This document shows, piece after piece, positions 16,690 through 25,208 of a DNA stretch of 38,777 bases. How positions within the stretch are numbered: the stretch's first letter is position 1; the number at the start of each line of letters is the position of its first letter. The stretch is from an uncultured Gammaproteobacteria bacterium (GTDB taxonomy: Bacteria; Patescibacteriota; Microgenomatia; Daviesbacterales; UBA10151). The translations under genes and the position numbers were made by a program. The notes beneath the pieces were generated by a model. It did not search any database. It saw only the letters and a list, made by a program, of their open reading frames with translations, and was not told the origin of the DNA. The stretch spans positions 1 to 38,777 of the forward strand of contig CAZZHC010000002.1 of assembly GCA_964653745.1 (NCBI GenBank). Reading direction: 5' to 3'.

Positions 16690-17601
16690 ATGATTAATTT
16701 TAAAATTAACGCTTTAGAACAAACTGATAATAAAGGCACTTTTGCGATGGAACCTCTGGAGAAGGGGTTTGGTCATACTATTGGTAATGTATTAAGAAGG
16801 GTTTTACTATCTTCTTTAGAAGGAGCAGCTATTACTTCAGTTAAAATTGATGGGGTGTCTCATCAATTTTCTACTTTATCTGGGGTAGCTGAAGATGTTA
16901 TCCAGATTATTCTTAATTTGAAAAAAGTCAGACTAAAGGTTTTTTCCGATAAACCAATTAAATTAAGTTTGAAAGCTTCAGGTAAAGGTGAAGTTAAAGC
17001 CCGCGATATTGATGCTTTGGGGGGTGGAGAAATTATTAACTCAGATTTACACATTGCTTCTTTAACCACCCCATCAGCCAAATTAAATATTGAGATGACA
17101 GCTGAAAAAGGTACTGGTTATGTCGGAGCTGATGAAAAGAAAACTGGGGAAATTGGGGTAATGCCAATTGACTCCATCTATACTCCGGTTTTAGCAGTTA
17201 ATTACAAAATTGAACCAACTCGGGTTGGTAGAAGCACTGATTTTGATAAGTTGATTTTAGAGATTACCACTGATGGTACTATTTCTCCGGAAGAAGCTTT
17301 AGGGCAATCAGCTAAAATATTGTCTGGCTACTTTAAACAAATTTTTGAACCAAATTTTGACAAAGAAGAAATCGCTGTTCAACCAGCTGTGTCTGATGAG
17401 GTACTAAAATTGAGTGTTGAGGAATTGGATCTACCAGTCAGAATTACTAATGCCCTAAAGGCTGCTGATATTGAAACAGTAGAAAATTTGGTAGTTGCCC
17501 CAAAAGCTCAACTGATGAAAACCAAGAATTTAGGAGTCCAGTCCATCAACCTCATTGCCCAAAAGCTTGAAGAAAGGGGTCTTAAGTTAAGTGAGGCATA
17601 A
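16690..17601 (+). CDS. rpoA: DNA-directed RNA polymerase subunit alpha
   Basis: 303 aa: an N-terminal domain (GFGHTIGNVLRRVLLSSLEGAAITSVKIDGV) and a C-terminal domain (LDLPVRITNALKAADIETVENL). Confidence 0.96.
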   Translation: MINFKINALEQTDNKGTFAMEPLEKGFGHTIGNVLRRVLLSSLEGAAITSVKIDGVSHQFSTLSGVAEDVIQIILNLKKVRLKVFSDKPIKLSLKASGKGEVKARDIDALGGGEIINSDLHIASLTTPSAKLNIEMTAEKGTGYVGADEKKTGEIGVMPIDSIYTPVLAVNYKIEPTRVGRSTDFDKLILEITTDGTISPEEALGQSAKILSGYFKQIFEPNFDKEEIAVQPAVSDEVLKLSVEELDLPVRITNALKAADIETVENLVVAPKAQLMKTKNLGVQSINLIAQKLEERGLKLSEA

Positions 17602-17995
17602 AGTTTATGGCAAACACTTGGGTAGAGATAAAAATCAACGGACAGCCCTACTTCGAGGCTTAGTACGTAGTCTTCTGTTACACGAAAGTATCACCACCAC
17701 TAAAGCTAAGGCTGCTGCTATTAAGGGTTTGATGGATAGGCTTATTGTTAAAAGCAAAGAAAAAACCAACGCTTCTTTGAATGTGGTTCACTCAACTTTA
17801 CCAAATGTTGAAATTAGTAAAAAATTAATTGAAGAAATTGCTCCTCGTTATCAAAAGAGAACTTCAGGTTTTACCAGGACTGTGAAAGTTGGTAGAAGGT
17901 TGGGAGATGGAGCTTTGATGGTTAAGATGAGTTTAATAGAAGCTGATCAGGTAGAACCCAAAAAAGAAAAAACTGTGGTAAAAAAGGAGAAATAA
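17591..17995 (+). CDS. rplQ: 50S ribosomal protein L17
   Basis: (GTG)RHKVYGKHLGRDKNQRTALLRGL... is the L17 N-terminus, overlapping the rpoA end. Confidence 0.93.
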   Translation: MRHKVYGKHLGRDKNQRTALLRGLVRSLLLHESITTTKAKAAAIKGLMDRLIVKSKEKTNASLNVVHSTLPNVEISKKLIEEIAPRYQKRTSGFTRTVKVGRRLGDGALMVKMSLIEADQVEPKKEKTVVKKEK

Positions 17996-17998
17996 AAA

Positions 17999-18430
17999 AT
18001 GAGTACTAACAGAGTTTGTGCTAAAGATATTAAAAGAAATTGGCAACTAATTGATGCTAAAAATCAAATTTTAGGAAGGTTGTCCAGCCAAATTGCTACC
18101 ATCTTAATGGGTAAACAAAAGCCTGAATTTGTACCATACCTAGATTTAGGTGATCAAGTAGTGGTAATTAATGCTGCCAAGGTGAAGGTAACTGGTCAAA
18201 AAGAAAATCAGAAAAAATATATTCACCACTCTGGTTACCCGGGTGGATACAAAGAGGAAAAATTCTCTGAAGTTCGAGCAGAAAAGCCAGAACGGCTCAT
18301 TATTCATGCAGTAACTGGGATGCTACCTAAAAATAAATTGGGTAGAAAAATGGTTAAAAAATTACATGTTTTTGCGGGCAGTGAGCATCCCTTTAAAAAA
18401 CAATTAGGAAAGGAAGAAGATGCCCAGTAA
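17999..18430 (+). CDS. rplM: 50S ribosomal protein L13
   Basis: WQLIDAKNQILGRLSSQIATILMGKQKPEF...GMLPKNKLGR. Confidence 0.96.
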   Translation: MSTNRVCAKDIKRNWQLIDAKNQILGRLSSQIATILMGKQKPEFVPYLDLGDQVVVINAAKVKVTGQKENQKKYIHHSGYPGGYKEEKFSEVRAEKPERLIIHAVTGMLPKNKLGRKMVKKLHVFAGSEHPFKKQLGKEEDAQ

Positions 18431-18818
18431 AAATTTTTATCAATCAGTTGGAAGAAGAAAAGAAGCGGTAGCCCGAGTGAGGGTGATGGAGGGTAATGGA
18501 CAAATCATTATTAATGGTAAACCAATTTCTGAAGTTTTCCGTGGCCCAATTAACCAAAAGGTTTATCAAAGGCCTTTTGAACTGACTAAAACTTTAGGTA
18601 AGTTTACTGCTACAGTTAAAGTTGTGGGTGGAGGTTCTGCTTCACAACTTGGAGCAATTATTCATGGGCTGGCAAGGTCACTATCTCAAATTAGCCCAGA
18701 ATATAGATCTGCCCTAAAACCAGCAGGACTTTTGACCCGTGACCCAAGAGTTAAAGAGAGAAGAAAATATGGTTTGGCTCACAAGGCCCGGGCCAAAAAA
18801 CAATCCCCCAAGAGGTAA
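18420..18818 (+). CDS. rpsI: 30S ribosomal protein S9
   Basis: GRRKEAVARVRV...DPRVKERRKYGLAHKARAKKQSPKR. Confidence 0.96.
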   Translation: MPSKNFYQSVGRRKEAVARVRVMEGNGQIIINGKPISEVFRGPINQKVYQRPFELTKTLGKFTATVKVVGGGSASQLGAIIHGLARSLSQISPEYRSALKPAGLLTRDPRVKERRKYGLAHKARAKKQSPKR

Positions 18819-18832
18819 ACTAATAATTATTG

Positions 18833-18841
18833 TGTTATACT
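18833..18841 (+). promoter_or_regulatory. extended -10-like element tgttatact
   Basis: TGnTATACT 17 nt upstream of the 18858 ATG, in the 39-nt gap after rpsI. Confidence 0.35.
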
Positions 18842-18857
18842 TTTATTAAAGGATAAC

Positions 18858-19910
18858 ATGTTCTTTTTGTATCTTATTCTTCTAATACCTGCAGTTATAT
18901 TTCTATCAATTTTTTTAAATCAACATATTTTTAAATCGTTACCAATTATCTTGATCCCCTTGGTAGCTTTCGCGGTCCTACAATTTATTCCTTTGCCACG
19001 TACCCCTTTGGAATATTCTCCAGAGATTCATGAATCAACTGAACCATGGGCAATTGGATTAGGTTTCCCCTTCGCTACTGTTAAATTGTATTTAGGAGAT
19101 GGTTGTCTGTCAGGTAAGGTGCCATGTAAAAAGGGTGGTTTTTCATATGGTTATCGTTTCTTTCATCATGGTTCATTAATCTCTCAGATCGGCACCGGTT
19201 TTGAGCTTAGGCCGGGGGATATTGTACCAACAAATGGGGGGATGATTAGGGGAGTAATTCTTTGGTTGCCACTTTTTTTAATAGCATATATCCTAGCTCT
19301 TAAGAAATTACAAGGGATCGGGTCTGTTCAAAAAAGTAAGCCCTTAGTTGAAATCTTCGGATTTTTGACTCTGTTGCTAGTAGCAGCATTTTCAATAGCC
19401 CCTTTGCATGTTATCTATGTTTTTAGCCCAGCAAAGTGGGGACAACAATGTTTTACCCGTTATGTGCCAACTTATACCCCTTCAGGTTTTATTGTGAAGG
19501 AAACAGACGTTCAAAAGGAAACACCTTTTAATTGCGCTATGAGTGGGTATATTACGTTTAATGGATACAAAGACCAAGGCAGAAAAATAACTCTAGCCGA
19601 TTCTGCTGGTTGGATGATTGAGGAAGATCGTAATGATAAAGCTGTCGGCAGATCGCCAGTATATCAAGAGCGCATTAAAAAGCAAAATAAACAATTAACA
19701 GTTTTGTCGGATAGACAGTATACTATTTTGAATGAAGTTCATGTGGCATCTACCGATGCAGGGTTAGTTGAGACTATCAGTCAAGAAGAAATGCTGGTAG
19801 GTTTTATTGGAAATACAATCATTACCATTACCAATTATACTAGTGATAAAGCCACAAAAATTTCTCCAGAAGAAATGGTTAAAATTTTCACTGGACTTAG
19901 AAAAGAATAA
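18858..19910 (+). CDS. hypothetical membrane protein (350 aa)
   Basis: Long ORF with several hydrophobic segments (N-terminal FFLYLILLIPAVIFLSIF; central ILWLPLFLIAYILAL and FGFLTLLLVAAFSIA) and a hydrophilic C-terminal ~150 aa. No family was recognised. Confidence 0.6.
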   Translation: MFFLYLILLIPAVIFLSIFLNQHIFKSLPIILIPLVAFAVLQFIPLPRTPLEYSPEIHESTEPWAIGLGFPFATVKLYLGDGCLSGKVPCKKGGFSYGYRFFHHGSLISQIGTGFELRPGDIVPTNGGMIRGVILWLPLFLIAYILALKKLQGIGSVQKSKPLVEIFGFLTLLLVAAFSIAPLHVIYVFSPAKWGQQCFTRYVPTYTPSGFIVKETDVQKETPFNCAMSGYITFNGYKDQGRKITLADSAGWMIEEDRNDKAVGRSPVYQERIKKQNKQLTVLSDRQYTILNEVHVASTDAGLVETISQEEMLVGFIGNTIITITNYTSDKATKISPEEMVKIFTGLRKE

Positions 19911-19927
19911 CCATTTTCTATTTATTA

Positions 19928-19952
19928 GAAATCTTAATGCAAAGATTTTTTA
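19928..19952 (+). terminator. AT-rich intrinsic terminator
   Basis: aaatctt-aatgca-aagattt stem-loop followed by a T-run, 18 nt after the stop at 19910. Confidence 0.55.
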
Positions 19953-19973
19953 TCTGTAATATGATAACAACAT

Positions 19974-20177
19974 ATGAAAAATAAAAAATTTTACCGGAGT
20001 AAAAGTAACAGAGTAATTGCCGGAGTGATTGGGGGTTTGGGAGAATATTTTAACGTTGATGCCAATATCTTGCGTCTATTTTGGATTTTACTAGTCATGT
20101 TTACTGGAATTGTGCCGGGTATTATTGCCTATATTGTAGCTGCTGTTACTATCCCGGAAGAACCAAAGAAGATGTAA
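19974..20177 (+). CDS. PspC-domain small membrane protein
   Basis: 67 aa. The segment RSKSNRVIAGVIGGLGEYFNVDANILRLFWIL matches the PspC N-terminal domain pattern and is followed by a TM helix. Confidence 0.8.
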   Translation: MKNKKFYRSKSNRVIAGVIGGLGEYFNVDANILRLFWILLVMFTGIVPGIIAYIVAAVTIPEEPKKM

Positions 20178-20179
20178 AT

Positions 20180-20740
20180 ATGGGAACTAAATGGATCAGT
20201 AGATTTTATGTTTTGTTTGTAGGTATTATTATTGCGGTGACCGTTGGATTTGGTCTAGCTGCCTTTTACCCTAAACCGGTTGCTCCTTTTTCTCCCGCTG
20301 TTTCGCCGGCGTTACTTCCAGAAAGTTGTAAACAAACACCAGAGGCTATGGCAAGTGTTGAGTGTCAACAAATTTTGACCAAGCAAACTCAAGAACAAGA
20401 GAAACAAAGCCAGCAATATAATGCTGCCATGGAAACTTTCCGCAATAAAAATGCTGCTTATACCAGAACCACTGTCTTTTTTGGAATTACTATTGGAGCA
20501 TTTTTAGTATTAATGGGACTATTTTTTATTAAAAAATCAAAACTACTGGCCCATGGTTTACTTTTGGCTGGAATATTTACTGCTATCTTTGCTAATTTGT
20601 TAGTATCTTTAGCATCTTTGGGGGCACCAGTGGCTGGAACTACCCAGGTTAATATGATAGCTTATGCCCAGTTTGGTATTTTGCTAGTTTTATCAATTGC
20701 GGTTTGTCTAGTTGGTTTAGTAACTTTAAAAGAAGAATGA
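20180..20740 (+). CDS. hypothetical membrane protein (186 aa)
   Basis: MGTKWISRFYVLFVGIIIAVTV... has one N-terminal and about three C-terminal TM segments around a Q-rich loop. ATG 20180 directly follows the PspC stop, and ORF-track start 20081 overlaps PspC. Confidence 0.6.
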   Translation: MGTKWISRFYVLFVGIIIAVTVGFGLAAFYPKPVAPFSPAVSPALLPESCKQTPEAMASVECQQILTKQTQEQEKQSQQYNAAMETFRNKNAAYTRTTVFFGITIGAFLVLMGLFFIKKSKLLAHGLLLAGIFTAIFANLLVSLASLGAPVAGTTQVNMIAYAQFGILLVLSIAVCLVGLVTLKEE

Positions 20741-20741
20741 T

Positions 20742-22028
20742 TTAGGCCGCCATATCAAGCAAGGCTGCTGCTGACCAGGCTTGTTCATGGCAAGATAGTT
20801 GTCCACAAGATGAGCAATATTCTAAATAAGCGTCACCCTTTTTAACGTAAAGTTCAATTGGGCAATTAAAATGAATAAGCGGTAGCAGTGAAGCCCGCTT
20901 TAACCTATCAGCTTGAGTTGTAAACCCAAAATTTTCTAAACCTTCTACCACTAGCCCATTTAAAATTGGCCAAAAACTGCCATTATGATAACAATCTTGA
21001 TTGGGATTAAAGGTGGGAGAGTTGGAACTCATGGTTCTAATTCCAGCATCTTCCACAAACAAGTCTGGCAAGAAAGCTCTGCTGACAAAATCGAGAGTTA
21101 AATTATCGTCTAAAATTGAGTGAGTTGTGCCATTTTCATGATAAGAGGCCCAAAGACAAAGTAGGGGGTTGGCAGTAATAGTTTTAATTTGGTTTTTATT
21201 TCCATCTAAAGCTTGGGCTCCAAAATGAAGACCATTATCCTGTAAAATAAACTTTTTATTAAAAGATTTTTTCATCATATCAGCATAAGAGGAAAGTTTT
21301 TGAGAAAATTCATAAGATGAATCATGGTAAAAATTGGACCATAGTTTTAAAGCTAGCCAAGCAAAAGCCTGGACTTCGATCGGGGCAATTGGGTATTTTG
21401 GCATTTGTCCGTTTTGATCAGTTAAAGATTGATGGGAATCAGTCCAAGATTGGACTACCAGCCCCCCAAATTGCCTAGTGGGCGGAAAATCATACTCTAG
21501 GAGGAAATCTTCATCTAAATCACCAAAACTAATAATCCAAGTAAGGCCTGCTTCTACTGCAGGCAAAACTGTGATCAAAAATTCGCTGTCTTGGGTAGTT
21601 TGCCAATATTTATAGAGGGCGATTAAAGTTAAGGGTGTGGCATCAATTGAATCGTAATTTCGTAAAATTTTATCAGGACCAACAAACCAGGGAGAGCTGC
21701 CGTGCAGTAGATGTTCATAATTTGAGGGGCGGTATTCATGAATAAATTTGCCTGGTTGCTCACCGTTTTCAATATTAAAAGTTTTACCCTGTAAGCTTAC
21801 TAATGTCAAAAGTGTTTGTCGGCAGGATGGAAGGAGCTCTGACAGGGGATGGCGCTTATGGGCTCTTAAAATTTTTAAAATGGTAATAGCGCTGTCCCGG
21901 CCAAAGAGACAATCAAACACCTCATCTTTTCCGGAAGCATGAATTCCTTCATCGGCAGAAAGATTTAAAAGGGTTTGTAGGGCAAGTTGATACAGTTCGT
22001 CTTTGAGCATGACATGAAAGTCTATCAC
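20742..22028 (-). CDS. glycogen-debranching-enzyme-like (amylo-alpha-1,6-glucosidase / GDE_C, alpha-alpha6 barrel) protein
   Basis: 428 aa. The FGRDSAITIL, QSWTDS and YHNGSFWPILNG motifs are characteristic of the GDE C-terminal/GH-like barrel family. Confidence 0.75.
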   Translation of the reverse strand: MIDFHVMLKDELYQLALQTLLNLSADEGIHASGKDEVFDCLFGRDSAITILKILRAHKRHPLSELLPSCRQTLLTLVSLQGKTFNIENGEQPGKFIHEYRPSNYEHLLHGSSPWFVGPDKILRNYDSIDATPLTLIALYKYWQTTQDSEFLITVLPAVEAGLTWIISFGDLDEDFLLEYDFPPTRQFGGLVVQSWTDSHQSLTDQNGQMPKYPIAPIEVQAFAWLALKLWSNFYHDSSYEFSQKLSSYADMMKKSFNKKFILQDNGLHFGAQALDGNKNQIKTITANPLLCLWASYHENGTTHSILDDNLTLDFVSRAFLPDLFVEDAGIRTMSSNSPTFNPNQDCYHNGSFWPILNGLVVEGLENFGFTTQADRLKRASLLPLIHFNCPIELYVKKGDAYLEYCSSCGQLSCHEQAWSAAALLDMAA

Positions 22029-22056
22029 AACAAGCTAAGAGCGCAAGGGGGTAAAT

Positions 22057-23100
22057 TTAGTGATGTTTGGATTTTTTTATCACCCGCTGATAAATTTTCT
22101 CATAACCATCTGCCATTTTGGTATCACTGAACATTTTTAGGGCATATTCACGACAAAAGCCACGGTTGATTTGATCCAGCTTGCCGATAGCTTCAATCAT
22201 ACCATCAACGTCCTCATTTTTAATGACAAAACCGCTTTTACCATCTTTGATAATTTCTGGAACTGAACCGCGGTTAAAGGCAATTACCGGACATCCACAA
22301 GCCATGGCTTCAATCATAGTTAAGCCAAAAGGTTCTGGCCAAGTAATAGAGTGAAGTAAACACAGTGCCCTGCTCATTAATTTATTTCTTTCTTTTTCAT
22401 CAACCTCACCAACCCAACGGATATTATCTGAAAGCCTGGGGCCGACATATTCATTAAAATATGGCATATCAACGGTGTCTAATTTAGCGGCAATAATGAG
22501 CGGTAAATCTAAATATTCTGCTACTTCAATAGCCAGATGGGTGCCTTTTTCCAAAGAAATTCGGCCAACAAATAATAAATAACTATCATGACTATCAGAA
22601 AAAGGATAATCTTTCATATTAAGGCCGTTATAGACACAGCCAATATAATTTAAATTAGGAGCTAATTTTCTTTGGGCGTTGGAAATACTAACTAAATATG
22701 GTTTTTTGAGGGTGGTAAAAATACGTTTAATCTCTACAGTTAAAGGCCCATGTAAAGTCATGATTGTTGGGGTTCGGGCAATATTGGCAACTGGTAGGCT
22801 TAATTGTCCATTGTGATCATGAATGATATCAAATTGTTTCTGCATTGAATAAGCCAAACCAATATTAAGTAGTGTTAAAATGTTGGGACCATATAAATCT
22901 TTTAATTTAGCATCACGAATTGATCTGGGATAAACAGCAATAAGTTTGGCGGAAGTAATAGAATCGCCAGAAGCAAAAAGAGTGACCTCGTGTCCTCTTC
23001 GAACTAGTTCTTCAGTTAAAGCAAAGACCACCCGTTCGGTCCCGCCATATTTTTTCGGTGGGACCCGTTCCACAATCGGTGCAATTTGGGCAATTTTCAT
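22057..23100 (-). CDS. glycosyltransferase family 4 (GT-B fold)
   Basis: MKIAQIAPIVERVPPKKYGGTERVV.. at the N-terminus and EPFGLTMIEAMACGCPVIAFNRGSVPEII (E-x7-E region). Confidence 0.88.
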   Translation of the reverse strand: MKIAQIAPIVERVPPKKYGGTERVVFALTEELVRRGHEVTLFASGDSITSAKLIAVYPRSIRDAKLKDLYGPNILTLLNIGLAYSMQKQFDIIHDHNGQLSLPVANIARTPTIMTLHGPLTVEIKRIFTTLKKPYLVSISNAQRKLAPNLNYIGCVYNGLNMKDYPFSDSHDSYLLFVGRISLEKGTHLAIEVAEYLDLPLIIAAKLDTVDMPYFNEYVGPRLSDNIRWVGEVDEKERNKLMSRALCLLHSITWPEPFGLTMIEAMACGCPVIAFNRGSVPEIIKDGKSGFVIKNEDVDGMIEAIGKLDQINRGFCREYALKMFSDTKMADGYEKIYQRVIKKSKHH

Positions 23101-23137
23101 GCCGGACTCATCTTATCGTTTAAAAGTAAGAGGAAAA

Positions 23138-23722
23138 TCAAAAACCAGTAATTATCTTGTAAGCGCCTTGTCTTAAAACGACAACTTGATCATTTTCTAA
23201 TTTGATCAAGGTTGAAGGTTGGCTAGTTAACGTTCCGCCATCAACATAAAATTTAACTTGTTCACCAAAATATGCGATGGCTTGATTTAAAGTTTCAGGT
23301 GTGGGTAAACCTTCGGGATTAGCAGAAGGAGCAATCAGAGGTCCGGTTTGTTTGAGTAATTTTAATAAATTTTTATTTTTAGGTAGACGAAAAGCTAAAC
23401 TTTTAATTCCCCGATGGAGGTAAAAAAATTGATCATTCATGCAGGGTAAAACAACACTGACTGGATTGGGCCAAATTTGATCAAGAAACTTTTTGGTTTT
23501 ACCGGAAAGTGAAATATTAAATAGTTTAAAATCCTCAAGAGATGAAATTAGAATAATAAATGGTTTATCTGGTGTTCTTTGTTTAAGCTGATAAACTTTT
23601 TCTACTACCTGTTTATCCAATGCCAAACCAATTATCCCATATAAAGTATCAGTTGGTATAATTGCTACCTGACCGTTTTTAACTTCCTCGATTACTTCAT
23701 CAAATGTTAAGTGTTTAGCCAT
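23138..23722 (-). CDS. tsaC: L-threonylcarbamoyladenylate synthase, YrdC/TsaC type
   Basis: 194 aa with the IIPTDTLYGIIGLA, KQRTPDKPFIILI and SANPEG motifs of the YrdC/Sua5 domain. Confidence 0.85.
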   Translation of the reverse strand: MAKHLTFDEVIEEVKNGQVAIIPTDTLYGIIGLALDKQVVEKVYQLKQRTPDKPFIILISSLEDFKLFNISLSGKTKKFLDQIWPNPVSVVLPCMNDQFFYLHRGIKSLAFRLPKNKNLLKLLKQTGPLIAPSANPEGLPTPETLNQAIAYFGEQVKFYVDGGTLTSQPSTLIKLENDQVVVLRQGAYKIITGF

Positions 23723-24609
23723 TTGCCGAGTATAGTGCCTGCAAGGTGTTTTTGCCAGTTAACTTGGTGGAAAAATTTGACTGTCAAAAAATAAAAAATT
23801 AAAGTGTAAATTGCCCCGCCTATAATATCTGTTACATAATGTTCTCCCAAATAAACAATTGAAAACCATACAGCCAAAACATAAGGTAGGAAAAAGAAAG
23901 CCTTTTTACCAAAAAAATGTAAAGAAAAAAGAAAAATTAAAAAAGGATAAGCTGTGTGCATAGAGGGAAAACTACCAACCGGGTTGGGGTTTAAATTATG
24001 GTAAACAGTAGCAAAATCAAACCGCCCAAAAATATTAGTTAAAGTAAAATTCATGATTTTAACTACATTTGGCAAGTATCCAACCTGATTTGCCAGCCAG
24101 GGTGGAGCAGTAGGAAAAATTAAATAGGTGATCCAGGCGGCATAAGATAAAAGCGAGAGACCGGTGACAAATTCTTTAAAATATCTTTTGCTATTAATCC
24201 AAAGTAAAAAACCAAAACCAAACGGTAGGATATAGTGCAACATGTAGATCAAAGTAGCAAGATAGTCATACCACCGCAAGTAACCCGGATGAAATAGACT
24301 ACTTTGTAAGATTTGATTTGGTATTTTATGAAAAAACCAAAAATCTGTTTTGATCATTTCTGTAAAATGAGTTTGAGGGATAAGGCTGGGAACAAAACCG
24401 CGTAAATAATCGTAGGAAAGTAGGATAAATAAAAACGGCGCCCAGTCAAAAATAAAATTGCGGGCACGTTTAACCATTAAACTACCAAAAATTAAAATGA
24501 CTGGATAGCGAAAAGATGGGTATATTTCCTCTTGCCACATCGCGACCACAGTCAAAATTACTATATAAAAAATAAATAAAGAAAAGATAAAAAAACGGTG
24601 TTTCACCAA
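23707..24609 (-). CDS. PAP2-superfamily integral membrane protein (Aur1/IPC-synthase-like PAP2_C type)
   Basis: 300 aa, polytopic. It carries SFPSMHTAY and GEHYVTDIIGG, which are the C2/C3 phosphatase motifs. Confidence 0.75.
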   Translation of the reverse strand: MVKHRFFIFSLFIFYIVILTVVAMWQEEIYPSFRYPVILIFGSLMVKRARNFIFDWAPFLFILLSYDYLRGFVPSLIPQTHFTEMIKTDFWFFHKIPNQILQSSLFHPGYLRWYDYLATLIYMLHYILPFGFGFLLWINSKRYFKEFVTGLSLLSYAAWITYLIFPTAPPWLANQVGYLPNVVKIMNFTLTNIFGRFDFATVYHNLNPNPVGSFPSMHTAYPFLIFLFSLHFFGKKAFFFLPYVLAVWFSIVYLGEHYVTDIIGGAIYTLIFYFLTVKFFHQVNWQKHLAGTILGKWLNT

Positions 24610-24623
24610 CAGTCATTATATTA

Positions 24624-25118
24624 TTATTTTCCATTTTCTCCAACCCTTCCCAACTTCTCAATATCTTCAATTAAATGCTTGGGATTAATCTTGCTAATAT
24701 CAATTCCTTGTTCAGTGGCAAACAGAAGTCCTTCGATGATTTGACGGGCCTGGACCGCCTCGTCTTTTCTCAAATATTTTACTGTTATTTCCCTTGGTAC
24801 AGCCGGTTCTTTAGATCTTTTATCAACAATTTTTAAAGTAGCAAAAAATGGATCGTGTTGTGTTGAGACTTCATTAATTTGTTTGATGGGGACAGTATAA
24901 ACTTGTTCTGCGCCAAAAAGTTGATGAGTAATAACAATAATCCTGTTTTCATCAATAATAATTTCACTTGGGGAAAAATCAAAAATAAAAGCAGAACTGG
25001 CTCTAAATAAAACCTGGCGCGACTTTTTAATTAGCTGTTCAAGCTTTTCATCCTCCTGTCTTTCTTCCTCGCTGCCCGGTTGTTGGTTTTGAAAGGAGAC
25101 TTGGCCAGATTTGAACAT
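24624..25118 (-). CDS. hypothetical protein, possible bacterial PH (bPH/YdbT-like) domain
   Basis: 164 aa. The pattern IIIDENRIIVITHQLFGAEQVYTVPIKQINEVS..ATLKI resembles bPH_2 domains. This call is tentative. Confidence 0.45.
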   Translation of the reverse strand: MFKSGQVSFQNQQPGSEEERQEDEKLEQLIKKSRQVLFRASSAFIFDFSPSEIIIDENRIIVITHQLFGAEQVYTVPIKQINEVSTQHDPFFATLKIVDKRSKEPAVPREITVKYLRKDEAVQARQIIEGLLFATEQGIDISKINPKHLIEDIEKLGRVGENGK

Positions 25119-25194
25119 AATTTTCTTTTGACAGCTCCATCTTAAGGTTTGAGTGTGAGAGATGAGTTATGGGTTGGTAAGAAGAAGATAAAAT

Positions 25195-25203
25195 GCTACT
25201 ATA
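25195..25203 (+). promoter_or_regulatory. extended -10-like element tgctactat, 6 nt before the ppsA ATG (possible leaderless mRNA)
   Basis: TGnTACTAT at 25195-25203, with the ATG at 25209. No SD-like sequence fits in between. Confidence 0.35.
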
Positions 25204-25208
25204 AAATC

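Noticed and set aside
25149-25208. Upstream-extended ORF-track starts (ppsA 25149, rpsH 9982, map 14020, rpsM 15223, rpsC 6876, SDR 35622, membrane protein 20081).
   Set aside because: The extensions overlap the preceding gene or a promoter motif. The conserved protein N-terminus begins at a downstream ATG in each case.
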